Both the position numbers and the translations under genes were made by a program. DNA of 62,861 bases, counting the filler, from Craspedostauros australis (Eukaryota), in NCBI GenBank assembly GCA_030167865.1. It is 13 parts of 13 records of this genome, joined end to end, with 100 filler letters (N's around TTAATTAATTAA, not from the genome) between each part and the next. Parts side by side here need not be neighbours in the genome. Positions count along the whole stretch, not along the records: positions 21,917 to 25,894 come from JALAGF010004273.1; positions 25,995 to 29,379 come from JALAGF010004274.1; positions 29,480 to 34,088 come from JALAGF010004275.1; 10 more parts are not named here. One strand, given 5' to 3'. Within the stretch, counting starts at the first letter, position 1, and the number at the start of each line of letters is the position of its first letter. The notes under the pieces are model-generated. The model was not told the origin of the DNA and made no database searches. It saw only the letters and a program-made list of their open reading frames with translations. Shown here one piece after another: positions 22,902 to 34,188 of this stretch.

Positions 22902-25889
22902 ATGGTGAACTTCAAGGTGGCCCTCGCGGCTTTGCTCTTGCTCGACAGCATGCCGAAAGCCCAAGCTGCACTGCGTGGGAACAGACTCCTCGTGGACCCA
23001 ATGGATGAACTGCAGTTGATCATGAGGTCCACCCGCATGCTCAAGGACAACGTCAACGACGGCACGAAGTCCATTAAGCAGGTCAAGACCAACAACCCAC
23101 CAACGGGCAACGAGCCTGACGTGGAGTCGTCGCCACCCACCGCATTGCCGACTGGATCGCCTACCGCAACACCGAACGTCGCCTCCAGCTCCTCCCCGAG
23201 CGAAGCAGCGACGGACCCGCCGATGACCGCTCCCACATCTGCGCCGACTTCCTCACCGACAGCCGCACCGACAATGCCCCCCGTCCCTCAGCCAACCTCG
23301 CAGCCCACACTCGAACCGACATCTGCCCCCGTCGACTTTGATTCCTCCCTCTTCATCATCTGCCGACCAGATGGCGCAACTGTCTTGACGCGAGACGAAG
23401 CACGTGGCAAGACCATCATCTGCGATGCCCGCAAGGAATCGTGCCGCGAGGCCCTGGCCGCCGTCAAGGCATCTTCGGACCTGCAGAACTTTTTCGCGTG
23501 TGCAGGAAACCTTGGCGAAGGAGCGGCACGCAGGCTGTTCAATCGCTACGCCATGAACCCGAACCTCGTCGAGCAACTCAAGGACGTGGCTGCCTCCCGA
23601 ACCGCCCTCATCACGGAACGAACTGATGAGATCAAGGCCACCTGCATGACCATCGGGATGTCCCGGTCGCCGCCGGAAGGCAGCCCATGCTGTCAAGGAT
23701 CTTCTGGATGCGTGGCAACGGCCGTTTCTAAAGAATCTCCTGCCCCTTTCATGACCGTTGCTCTCACCGCGTGCACTGGCGATGAAGCATGCAAGGACAT
23801 GGGACTCAATCCTCTCATTCTGGGTTCTGCATGCACCGGCGTGGGTGCGTGCAAGGAAATGAACAAGAACGACGTCGATCCTGTGACCTCAGGCGTCACC
23901 TTCGTTGGCACGGTATCATGCACCAGCGCCGGATCATGCGAGGGAGTCGGCCATCTATCCTACGGTGATGTCGCCATCATGGATAGGTCTTGCCTCGGCT
24001 CGAATGCATGCAACGCAGCTGGACGACGTACCGCTCAGTTCTCCGCGATCCGCACGCAGAGCCATATCGACATCGGACCGAATGCTTGCGTTGGCAGCGA
24101 GGCCTGCAAGGACTTCCATTCCACCGTTAATCGTGTAACTGGTGGGAAGGCCATGGGCAGTCTGTCGATCGGTGATCGCGCCTGTTCCCGTCGCGCCTCA
24201 TGCACCGAAGTCGGGTTCAGCGATGCGATGCTGACGGACATCATTGTCCCTCCAAGTACTTGCGATAGCGTCGACAGCTGCCGTGGATGCATGACGGTCT
24301 CGTCATGCAACCGCGACGAGGTGTACCTCATCAGCGACGCTGAAGGCGCCTGTCCGAAGGGGGGCAACAGCAACCAGCCAACTGGAGAGAAGGTAACCGA
24401 TTACTGCATCGGAAAGGACACTCTTCCGACTGAATGTCCGACTTTCTCTCCTACGCCGTTCCCCACTCCTCTCGCGTCATCCAATCCGTCGGATCTCCCA
24501 TCGCAGCTGCCATCTGGTCTACCGTCGATGCAGCCGTCTGATGTGCCGTCTGATATTCCAAGCGAAGTACCCTCAATCTCACAGGCGCCGTCCGAACGTC
24601 CATCAGATCTGCCGTCTGTGCAGCCGTCCGAACGCCCGTCAGATCTGCCGTCTGTGCAACCGTCCGATTTGCCGTCTGCCATGCCGAGCTCACAGCCTTC
24701 GGATCTCCCTTCGCAGAGTCCATCGGATTTGCCGTCCCAAACGCCCAGCGCGGTTCTTTCGGAGAGGCCGTCTGATATCCCGAGCTCAATGCCGTCGGAT
24801 GGCCCGAGTATGGCGCCTAGGGCCTCCCAGGCTCCCTCCGAAGCATCTGCTTCCCCGACCGCCCTTCCGCCTTCTTTCCAGGCTGGATGTATCACGAATC
24901 CCGGAAGTTTCACACAAAGCGTCACTGATGTTGCTGGTGAGGTTACCTGTGATGAACCAACAGGAACGTGTGCAGACTTTGTCAACGGCATAAACGCTTT
25001 GCCAACCAAGAAGGCAAACATGGTCAAGAGCATTTTTGCATGCAGCGACGGCAACCCGCCAACAGCAAATTCTCTGTCAATTGTTCAGCAACAATTCGAC
25101 AAGATCAGGGACGATCCAGTCGTGACTAAAGCCATACTCACAACAGTGGCAACCAAGGAGCTATACACTGGCGGTACCATCGTCCTCTTGAGTACATGCC
25201 ACTTTAAAGACTGTTGCACCGGGTCACTCGCTTGCACCACCAGCAGAAACGGCGCGCCTATGACAGTGAGCGAAGGGTCCTGCAACGGTGACGCGGCCTG
25301 CGCTGGTTTCAGCGTGTTTGGCATCGCCCTTGAGAGTTGCAACGGCGCCAGAGCCTGCCTCAACTTGGGCAAGTACTCTTTTCGTACCAGTCCTGAGAAC
25401 AGTGGCTTCAGGCTGATCGAACCAGGTGCGTGTAATGGTGACAACAGTTGCGAAAATCTTGGCCGCAACGTGAACGGCAACATAAGAATTGAGAAAGGGG
25501 CTTGCGATGGAACCAACGCATGCCTAAATCTTTCGAACCGTCCTGGTCAAAACAGATCACCCGTGGTGAAGAACGATGTAATGCTTGGACCGAGCGCATG
25601 CGATGGAGAGTCCGCTTGCGAAGACATCCACGCAGGCAATAACAAATTCCCTGGAGGCGTCGCCATCAACAAGAATGGCTGCAAAGGAGACAACGTGTGC
25701 AAGGGTATTGCCAATGACAATCTATCGATCAGCGACATCGTCATCGAGGAGGGTGTCTGCAATGCGGATAATGGCGAGAGCTGTGAGGACTGCGTGATTG
25801 CACAACCGTGTACTCCTGCTTCGCTGACATACACCATCGACGACGCGAGCGAGGACTGCCCCACCGCCAGCGCAGGTGGCTGCAGCTAA
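22902..25889 (+). CDS. Same protein, version B (995 aa)
   Basis: Translation identical to version A except in 24599-25286 (30-aa shorter PS stalk plus many substitutions). Confidence 0.9.
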   Translation: MVNFKVALAALLLLDSMPKAQAALRGNRLLVDPMDELQLIMRSTRMLKDNVNDGTKSIKQVKTNNPPTGNEPDVESSPPTALPTGSPTATPNVASSSSPSEAATDPPMTAPTSAPTSSPTAAPTMPPVPQPTSQPTLEPTSAPVDFDSSLFIICRPDGATVLTRDEARGKTIICDARKESCREALAAVKASSDLQNFFACAGNLGEGAARRLFNRYAMNPNLVEQLKDVAASRTALITERTDEIKATCMTIGMSRSPPEGSPCCQGSSGCVATAVSKESPAPFMTVALTACTGDEACKDMGLNPLILGSACTGVGACKEMNKNDVDPVTSGVTFVGTVSCTSAGSCEGVGHLSYGDVAIMDRSCLGSNACNAAGRRTAQFSAIRTQSHIDIGPNACVGSEACKDFHSTVNRVTGGKAMGSLSIGDRACSRRASCTEVGFSDAMLTDIIVPPSTCDSVDSCRGCMTVSSCNRDEVYLISDAEGACPKGGNSNQPTGEKVTDYCIGKDTLPTECPTFSPTPFPTPLASSNPSDLPSQLPSGLPSMQPSDVPSDIPSEVPSISQAPSERPSDLPSVQPSERPSDLPSVQPSDLPSAMPSSQPSDLPSQSPSDLPSQTPSAVLSERPSDIPSSMPSDGPSMAPRASQAPSEASASPTALPPSFQAGCITNPGSFTQSVTDVAGEVTCDEPTGTCADFVNGINALPTKKANMVKSIFACSDGNPPTANSLSIVQQQFDKIRDDPVVTKAILTTVATKELYTGGTIVLLSTCHFKDCCTGSLACTTSRNGAPMTVSEGSCNGDAACAGFSVFGIALESCNGARACLNLGKYSFRTSPENSGFRLIEPGACNGDNSCENLGRNVNGNIRIEKGACDGTNACLNLSNRPGQNRSPVVKNDVMLGPSACDGESACEDIHAGNNKFPGGVAINKNGCKGDNVCKGIANDNLSISDIVIEEGVCNADNGESCEDCVIAQPCTPASLTYTIDDASEDCPTASAGGCS

Positions 25890-25994
25890 ACATCNNNNNN
25901 NNNNNNNNNNNNNNNNNNNNNNNNNNNNNNNNNNNNNNTTAATTAATTAANNNNNNNNNNNNNNNNNNNNNNNNNNNNNNNNNNNNNNNNNNNN

Positions 25995-27691
25995 CGTTCG
26001 GACGGCGCCTGTGAGATTGAGGGTACTTCGCTTGGAATATCAGACGGCACATCAGACGGCTGCATCGACGGTAGACCAGATGGCAGCTGCGATGGGAGAT
26101 CCGACGGATTGGATGACGCGAGAGGAGTGGGGAACGGCGTAGGAGAGAAAGTCGGACATTCAGTCGGAAGAGTGTCCTTTCCGATGCAGTAATCGGTTAC
26201 CTTCTCTCCAGTTGGCTGGTTGCTGTTGCCCCCCTTCGGACAGGCGCCTTCAGCGTCGCTGATGAGGTACACCTCGTCGCGGTTGCATGACGAGACCGTC
26301 ATGCATCCACGGCAGCTGTCGACGCTATCGCAAGTACTTGGAGGGACAATGATGTCCGTCAGCATCGCATCGCTGAACCCGACTTCGGTGCATGAGGCGC
26401 GACGGGAACAGGCGCGATCACCGATCGACAGACTGCCCATGGCCTTCCCACCAGTTACACGATTAACGGTGGAATGGAAGTCCTTGCAGGCCTCGCTGCC
26501 AACGCAAGCATTCGGTCCGATGTCGATATGGCTCTGCGTGCGGATCGCGGAGAACTGAGCGGTACGTCGTCCAGCTGCGTTGCATGCATTCGAGCCGAGG
26601 CAAGACCTATCCATGATGGCGACATCACCGTAGGATAGATGGCCGACTCCCTCGCATGATCCGGCGCTGGTGCATGATACCGTGCCAACGAAGGTGACGC
26701 CTGAGGTCACAGGATCGACGTCGTTCTTGTTCATTTCCTTGCACGCACCCACGCCGGTGCATGCAGAACCCAGAATGAGAGGATTGAGTCCCATGTCCTT
26801 GCATGCTTCATCGCCAGTGCACGCGGTGAGAGCAACGGTCATGAAAGGGGCAGGAGATTCTTTAGAAACGGCCGTTGCCACGCATCCAGAAGATCCTTGA
26901 CAGCATGGGCTGCCTTCCGGCGGCGACCGGGACATCCCGATGGTCATGCAGGTGGCCTTGATCTCATCAGTTCGTTCCGTGATGAGGGCGGTTCGGGAGG
27001 CAGCCACGTCCTTGAGTTGCTCGACGAGGTTCGGGTTCATGGCGTAGCGATTGAACAGCCTGCGTGCCGCTCCTTCGCCAAGGTTTCCTGCACACGCGAA
27101 AAAGTTCTGCAGGTCCGAAGATGCCTTGACGGCGGCCAGGGCCTCGCGGCACGATTCCTTGCGGGCATCGCAGATGATGGTCTTGCCACGTGCTTCGTCT
27201 CGCGTCAAGACAGTTGCGCCATCTGGTCGGCAGATGATGAAGAGGGAGGAATCAAAGTCGACGGGGGCAGATGTCGGTTCGAGTGTGGGCTGCGAGGTTG
27301 GCTGAGGGACGGGGGGCATTGTCGGTGCGGCTGTCGGTGAGGAAGTCGGCGCAGATGTGGGAGCGGTCATCGGCGGGTCCGTCGCTGCTTCGCTCGGGGA
27401 GGAGCTGGAGGCGACGTTCGGTGTTGCGGTAGGCGATCCAGTCGGCAATGCGGTGGGTGGCGACGACTCCACGTCAGGCTCGTTGCCCGTTGGTGGGTTG
27501 TTGGTCTTGACCTGCTTAATGGACTTCGTGCCGTCGTTGACGTTGTCCTTGAGCATGCGGGTGGACCTCATGATCAACTGCAGTTCATCCATTGGGTCCA
27601 CGAGGAGTCTGTTCCCACGCAGTGCAGCTTGGGCTTTCGGCATGCTGTCGAGCAAGAGCAAAGCCGCGAGGGCCACCTTGAAGTTCACCAT
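25995..27691 (-). CDS. Same protein, 5' part (contig-truncated), attached to upstream haplotype 1
   Basis: Identical N-terminal translation. The contig ends exactly where versions A and B start to differ. Confidence 0.85.
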
Positions 27692-28790
27692 CTTTGCTGT
27701 TTCTTGGTTGGTTCAGTCGCGTGTTCTATAGTTCGTGTTCGTGGTGGATGCAGATGAAGCCGGATCAAGCGGGAGATTGCGAGATATGCACGCATCGTAC
27801 GCATTGGACGAGTCCAATTAGAGTAGTGGGTATCCACGGGGCATCAAGCCAGCAAGTGGAGCAGCGTGAGCGGTGCCGTTTGTAAGAAGGTTGTTGGCGC
27901 GCATGCCGAGTCCGAACGGGTTAGCGTCCAACGCACGAGTGTGACCATCGTAGTTGTAGAACGAAAGAAACCAACGATGGCGCGTCGTTCGTTCGCGTCG
28001 CGAGTTGTTGATAATGCCGAAGGTAAGAATCGGCGCGCAGGACGGAACGAGCGGGACGAAAAGAAAAGAAAGCATTGGGCAGGGCGGCGTGAGTCGGGCT
28101 GAGCTGAGTGGGCCGAGTAGGAAGATGATGCGCACGAACAAGGTGGGGGTAGAGACAGTGAAGCTTCTGCAGGAATGGTATGATCACGCCATCGGAATGA
28201 CGCAGGGTATTTTGCGGAAGAGCAGGGTGCTTCACTTCATGAAGTGCAGGTTGCTGCGTCTCGCGACATGTGCACCGCGTGGGTGTGCGTTCGTTGCGGG
28301 CTTCGCGTCATTGCCTCGTCGGACCCGTCATGCTATCATGCAGAGCATCATTTTATTCCGCTGAGAGGGTGGTCGTACCTTTGCAGTGTTGCTTGTTCTG
28401 GTCTCGGATGGACTTGTGATCACCGTTCAATTGTTTCTCAACGTTGTTTTGTGGAGATCTGCAATCTGGCGGTCGATTGATTTTGTGAGAACAGAGGTGT
28501 CCTCGGAGGCAACACCGTCATTTGCGCGCGTGGAAACCGTGCTTGCTGAGTGTGCCGATGCTGTTGTGTTGTTGAAAAACCACCGACGGGTGGCCGCTCT
28601 TTGCTCGTTTGTTGTGCGTTTCGTCCATCGTTCATTGATGGTCGCTGCCCTTCATTCATTGCGGTCTTTGATGGCAATCTTTGATTGGAGTCCTCAGCAA
28701 CTTGCAGCGGCGATCTCTGTCTGCGTGTTCACGTGACCATTGGTTTGCCATCGACAACTGTGGACCAAGAAATGGTTGGTGAGGGTGAGG

Positions 28791-29211
28791 GTGGTTTGAG
28801 CCAAACGCGCAATCGATCATTTTTCGCGGTTCTCTCTTCTCGGCCGGGGCCCAACAAAACATCAGAGCGATGTGGTGGTTTGCGCCAAACGCGCAATCGA
28901 TCATTTTTCACGGTTCTCTCTTCTCGGCCGGGGCCCAACAAAACATCAGAGCGATGTGGTGGTTTGCGCCAAACGCGCAATCGATCATTTTTCGCGGTTC
29001 TCTCTTCTCGGCCGGGGCCCAACAAAACATCAGAGCGATGTGGTGGTTTGCGCCAAACGCGCAATCGATCATTTTTCACGGTTCTCTCTTCTCGGCCAGG
29101 GCCCAACAAAACATCAGGGCGATGTGGTGGTTTGCGCCAAACGCGCAATCGATCATTTTTCACGGTTCTCTCTTCTCGGCCGGGGCGCAACAAAACATCA
29201 GGGCGATGTGG
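28791..29211. repeat. 84-bp tandem repeat, 5 copies (VNTR)
   Basis: CCAAACGCGCAATCGATC recurs at 28801, 28885, 28969, 29053 and 29137. The homologous region at ~32280-32362 has one unit. Confidence 0.95.
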
Positions 29212-29479
29212 TCATGACAAATGAGAAGTGCCGTGTTGGTGCCGATCCGACGAGAGAACTACTTTTGCAAGTAAATAGCCTGCGACTATTTCCTTCTTAA
29301 GAGCCCATTCAGTCACAAACCAACGAGTCGCGGGGGGAGCAGTCTACATGCGTTTTCAGGTTATTGCAGAATATTATGCNNNNNNNNNNNNNNNNNNNNN
29401 NNNNNNNNNNNNNNNNNNNNNNNTTAATTAATTAANNNNNNNNNNNNNNNNNNNNNNNNNNNNNNNNNNNNNNNNNNNN

Positions 29480-31176
29480 CGTTCGGACGGCGCCTGTGAG
29501 ATTGAGGGTACTTCGCTTGGAATATCAGACGGCACATCAGACGGCTGCATCGACGGTAGACCAGATGGCAGCTGCGATGGGAGATCCGACGGATTGGATG
29601 ACGCGAGAGGAGTGGGGAACGGCGTAGGAGAGAAAGTCGGACATTCAGTCGGAAGAGTGTCCTTTCCGATGCAGTAATCGGTTACCTTCTCTCCAGTTGG
29701 CTGGTTGCTGTTGCCCCCCTTCGGACAGGCGCCTTCAGCGTCGCTGATGAGGTACACCTCGTCGCGGTTGCATGACGAGACCGTCATGCATCCACGGCAG
29801 CTGTCGACGCTATCGCAAGTACTTGGAGGGACAATGATGTCCGTCAGCATCGCATCGCTGAACCCGACTTCGGTGCATGAGGCGCGACGGGAACAGGCGC
29901 GATCACCGATCGACAGACTGCCCATGGCCTTCCCACCAGTTACACGATTAACGGTGGAATGGAAGTCCTTGCAGGCCTCGCTGCCAACGCAAGCATTCGG
30001 TCCGATGTCGATATGGCTCTGCGTGCGGATCGCGGAGAACTGAGCGGTACGTCGTCCAGCTGCGTTGCATGCATTCGAGCCGAGGCAAGACCTATCCATG
30101 ATGGCGACATCACCGTAGGATAGATGGCCGACTCCCTCGCATGATCCGGCGCTGGTGCATGATACCGTGCCAACGAAGGTGACGCCTGAGGTCACAGGAT
30201 CGACGTCGTTCTTGTTCATTTCCTTGCACGCACCCACGCCGGTGCATGCAGAACCCAGAATGAGAGGATTGAGTCCCATGTCCTTGCATGCTTCATCGCC
30301 AGTGCACGCGGTGAGAGCAACGGTCATGAAAGGGGCAGGAGATTCTTTAGAAACGGCCGTTGCCACGCATCCAGAAGATCCTTGACAGCATGGGCTGCCT
30401 TCCGGCGGCGACCGGGACATCCCGATGGTCATGCAGGTGGCCTTGATCTCATCAGTTCGTTCCGTGATGAGGGCGGTTCGGGAGGCAGCCACGTCCTTGA
30501 GTTGCTCGACGAGGTTCGGGTTCATGGCGTAGCGATTGAACAGCCTGCGTGCCGCTCCTTCGCCAAGGTTTCCTGCACACGCGAAAAAGTTCTGCAGGTC
30601 CGAAGATGCCTTGACGGCGGCCAGGGCCTCGCGGCACGATTCCTTGCGGGCATCGCAGATGATGGTCTTGCCACGTGCTTCGTCTCGCGTCAAGACAGTT
30701 GCGCCATCTGGTCGGCAGATGATGAAGAGGGAGGAATCAAAGTCGACGGGGGCAGATGTCGGTTCGAGTGTGGGCTGCGAGGTTGGCTGAGGGACGGGGG
30801 GCATTGTCGGTGCGGCTGTCGGTGAGGAAGTCGGCGCAGATGTGGGAGCGGTCATCGGCGGGTCCGTCGCTGCTTCGCTCGGGGAGGAGCTGGAGGCGAC
30901 GTTCGGTGTTGCGGTAGGCGATCCAGTCGGCAATGCGGTGGGTGGCGACGACTCCACGTCAGGCTCGTTGCCCGTTGGTGGGTTGTTGGTCTTGACCTGC
31001 TTAATGGACTTCGTGCCGTCGTTGACGTTGTCCTTGAGCATGCGGGTGGACCTCATGATCAACTGCAGTTCATCCATTGGGTCCACGAGGAGTCTGTTCC
31101 CACGCAGTGCAGCTTGGGCTTTCGGCATGCTGTCGAGCAAGAGCAAAGCCGCGAGGGCCACCTTGAAGTTCACCAT
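29480..31176 (-). CDS. Same protein, 5' part (contig-truncated), attached to upstream haplotype 2
   Basis: Identical N-terminal translation and the same truncation point. Confidence 0.85.
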
Positions 31177-33243
31177 CTTTGCTGTTTCTTGGTTGGTTCA
31201 GTCGCGTGTTCTATAGTTCGTGTTCGTGGTGGATGCAGATGAAGCCGGATCAAGCGGGAGATTGCGAGATATGCACGCATCGTACGCATTGGACGAGTCC
31301 AATTAGAGTAGTGGGTATCCACGGGGCATCAAGCCAGCAAGTGGAGCAGCGTGAGCGGTGCCGTTTGTAAGAAGGTTGTTGGCGCGCATGCCGAGTCCGA
31401 ACGGGTTAGCGTCCAACGCACGAGTGTGACCATCGTAGTTGTAGAACGAAAGAAACCAACGATGGCGCGTCGTTCGTTCGCGTCGCGAGTTGTTGATAAT
31501 GCCGAAGGTAAGAATCGGCGCGCAGGACGGAACGAGCGGGACGAAAAGAAAAGAAAGCATTGGGCAGGGCGGCGTGAGTCGGGCTGAGCTGAGTGGGCCG
31601 AGTAGGAAGATGATGCGCACGAACAAGGTGGGGGTAGAGACAGTGAAGCTTCTGCAGGAATGGTATGATCACGCCATCGGAATGACGCAGGGTATTTTGC
31701 GGAAGAGCAGGGTGCTTCACTTCATGAAGTGCAGGTTGCTGCGTCTCGCGACATGTGCACCGCGTGGGTGTGCGTTCGTTGCGGGCTTCGCGTCATTGCC
31801 TCGTCGGACCCGTCATGCTATCATGCAGAGCATCATTTTATTCCGCTGAGAGGGTGGTCGTACCTTTGCAGTGTTGCTTGTTCTGGTCTCGGATGGACTT
31901 GTGATCACCGTTCAATTGTTTCTCAACGTTGTTTTGTGGAGATCTGCAATCTGGCGGTCGATTGATTTTGTGAGAACAGAGGTGTCCTCGGAGGCAACAC
32001 CGTCATTTGCGCGCGTGGAAACCGTGCTTGCTGAGTGTGCCGATGCTGTTGTGTTGTTGAAAAACCACCGACGGGTGGCCGCTCTTTGCTCGTTTGTTGT
32101 GCGTTTCGTCCATCGTTCATTGATGGTCGCTGCCCTTCATTCATTGCGGTCTTTGATGGCAGTCTTTGATTAGAGTCCTCAGCAACTTGCAGCGCGACCC
32201 ATGTCTGCGTGTTCACGCGACCATTGGTTTGTCATTGGCAAAATGATGACAACTGTGGACCAAGAGATGATTGGTGAGGGTGGTTTGCGCCAAACGCGCA
32301 CTCGATCATTTCTCACGGTTCTCTCCTCGGTCGGGGCCTAACAAAACATGAGGGCGATGTGGTCACGACAAATGAGAAGTGCCGTGTTGGTGCCGATCCG
32401 GCGAGAGAACTACTTGTGCAAGTAAATAGCCTGCGACTATTTCCTTCTTAAATGCCCTTGCGAAAAGACGTTCATCAATTGCCCTCGGGAATGAGTACCA
32501 TGGCAATACTTATGCTAGAATAGCTCGAAAGTACGGCGCTCCACACGGAGTGGTCCCATTCTGCACTTCACCATTTCGTGACCAACGCCGATTGGAAGAC
32601 GTCATTCGAAGACATGCCGAAGGTAGAAGCGTCCCAGTCCCAGGGTTGACACATGCCGTGCGTCAAAGTGATTGCGTCTTCGTTGTTGTGGGTATGCACA
32701 CGGCGATCGCGTAACGGTTGGCTCATCGGACGATGTGTTGGACATCCTCCGACGAAGAGGAAGCACTCCGGCAAAATAAGACGACAGGCTCATCAGTCGA
32801 CTAAGAGCACTGTAGGAAAGGAGTAGTGCACTATTCGAACTCCATCACCATGAATCAACATTGTCAGAAGTGGTGGCAGCAGCAACACTAGCAGTAGCAC
32901 TAGCAGCAGCAGCAAGAAGGAGACGATTTTCGCCTTGCGTATTGAGTACTGCACCACGAAGGCTGGTCGGCATGGATGTTGCAAAGTCAAAGAACAGAGA
33001 GCAGAAGAGAGTTGAGTATTGTATCAAGTGCGAACTGCTCGGACGCGTGTGGTGATGCTTGGCGCCAACACTCGCTTCTTCTCTTTCCACAGGGGCTTCC
33101 GGTAAACTGCCGGACATGGGAAGTCGGACATACTGTTCGCGAACTGAAGAACAATACTAGTCGTGTATGCGATTTTATTAGTCATGGTTGTCATGTCCTT
33201 CAGACATTCTCGTCGCGACTCGCGACTCGTATCTGTATGGTGT

Positions 33244-33445
33244 CAAAAGATGCCCTATTTAGGGCACCTTTTTCAAAACGTGCTCTAAATAGGGCACCTT
33301 TTCAAAACGTGCCCTATTTAGGGCATCTTTTCAAAACGTGCTCTAAATAGGGCACCTTTTCAAAACGTGCTCTAAATAGGGCATCTTTTCAAAACGTGCT
33401 CTAAATAGGGCACCTTTTCAAAACGTGCCCTATTTAGGGCACGTT
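33244..33445. repeat. Tandem array of a 29-bp palindromic unit (~7 copies)
   Basis: Unit CAAAACGTGC(C/T)CTA(TTT/AAT)AGGGCA(CC/TC)TTTT, contiguous, with no spacers. Confidence 0.92.
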
Positions 33446-33705
33446 GCCCTCGCACCCACGTGTCGCTGTTCGGAGACAGCCAGATGACAGACGGAGCAGC
33501 AGCAACCCCGCACGCAGCGACACGACAGTGGAGGATTATCAACGTCGCGTCAATTCAACGTGACAGCAACTGCACAGGACTGTGCAACACTCTGCTTGCG
33601 CTGGGACTGCCAAAGTCAATGCTGAAACATGAGGGAGGTGGCTCCACATGAACCAAACACATTGCCACAAACCAAGCAACCAACACCCATCTGCAACCGT
33701 GCAGT

Positions 33706-34088
33706 CATGAACCCAACAATACAGTTCACCCATCATGAAGCCATGATGCTTGGCTTGCGCCTGCTGTACACCGACAAGCAGATCAATCGAGTCAAGGCTG
33801 GGAGCAACACCAACGCCAACCGGTTTCGAGCTCACTTTGGTGTATCCCCGGCAGTATGCTGCCAAGTCTTCGAGGATCTCCAGACAACAAAAGTGGCTGC
33901 TGCCAGAATGGATCCATCAACCATCAAAGTAGAGCGATTGCTGATGGCCCTTCACTTCATCAAGACATATCAGACAGAGGATGGACGAGAGGCAACATTC
34001 GCCTTGAGCTCAAAGACTCTTCGAGCACACACATGGCACTATCTTGAGAAGGTGCAAGCTCTGAAAGCCCAAAAGATCATTTGGCCAG
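33706..34088 (+). mobile_element. PIF/Harbinger-like (DDE_Tnp_4/ISL2EU-type) transposase, N-terminal part, contig-truncated
   Basis: RFRAHFGVSP...LLMALHFIKTYQTE...SSKTLRAHTWHYLEKVQALKAQKIIWP matches the helix-turn-helix region preceding the DDE domain in this family. Confidence 0.7.
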
Positions 34089-34188
34089 NNNNNNNNNNNN
34101 NNNNNNNNNNNNNNNNNNNNNNNNNNNNNNNNTTAATTAATTAANNNNNNNNNNNNNNNNNNNNNNNNNNNNNNNNNNNNNNNNNNNN

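Noticed and set aside
28685..29300. ORFs with 28-aa repeats in several frames
   Set aside because: By-product of a stop-poor 84-bp (3n) tandem repeat; not preserved in the other haplotype.
17749..32160. A four-gene cluster or inverted duplication of the Cys-rich protein
   Set aside because: Four separate contigs share one core and end exactly at the divergence points (two entries, two exits). This is best explained by two real copies; order and orientation are arbitrary.
28791..33445. CRISPR arrays (84-bp and 29-bp repeats)
   Set aside because: Units are contiguous with no unique spacers, there are no cas genes, and the context is eukaryotic.
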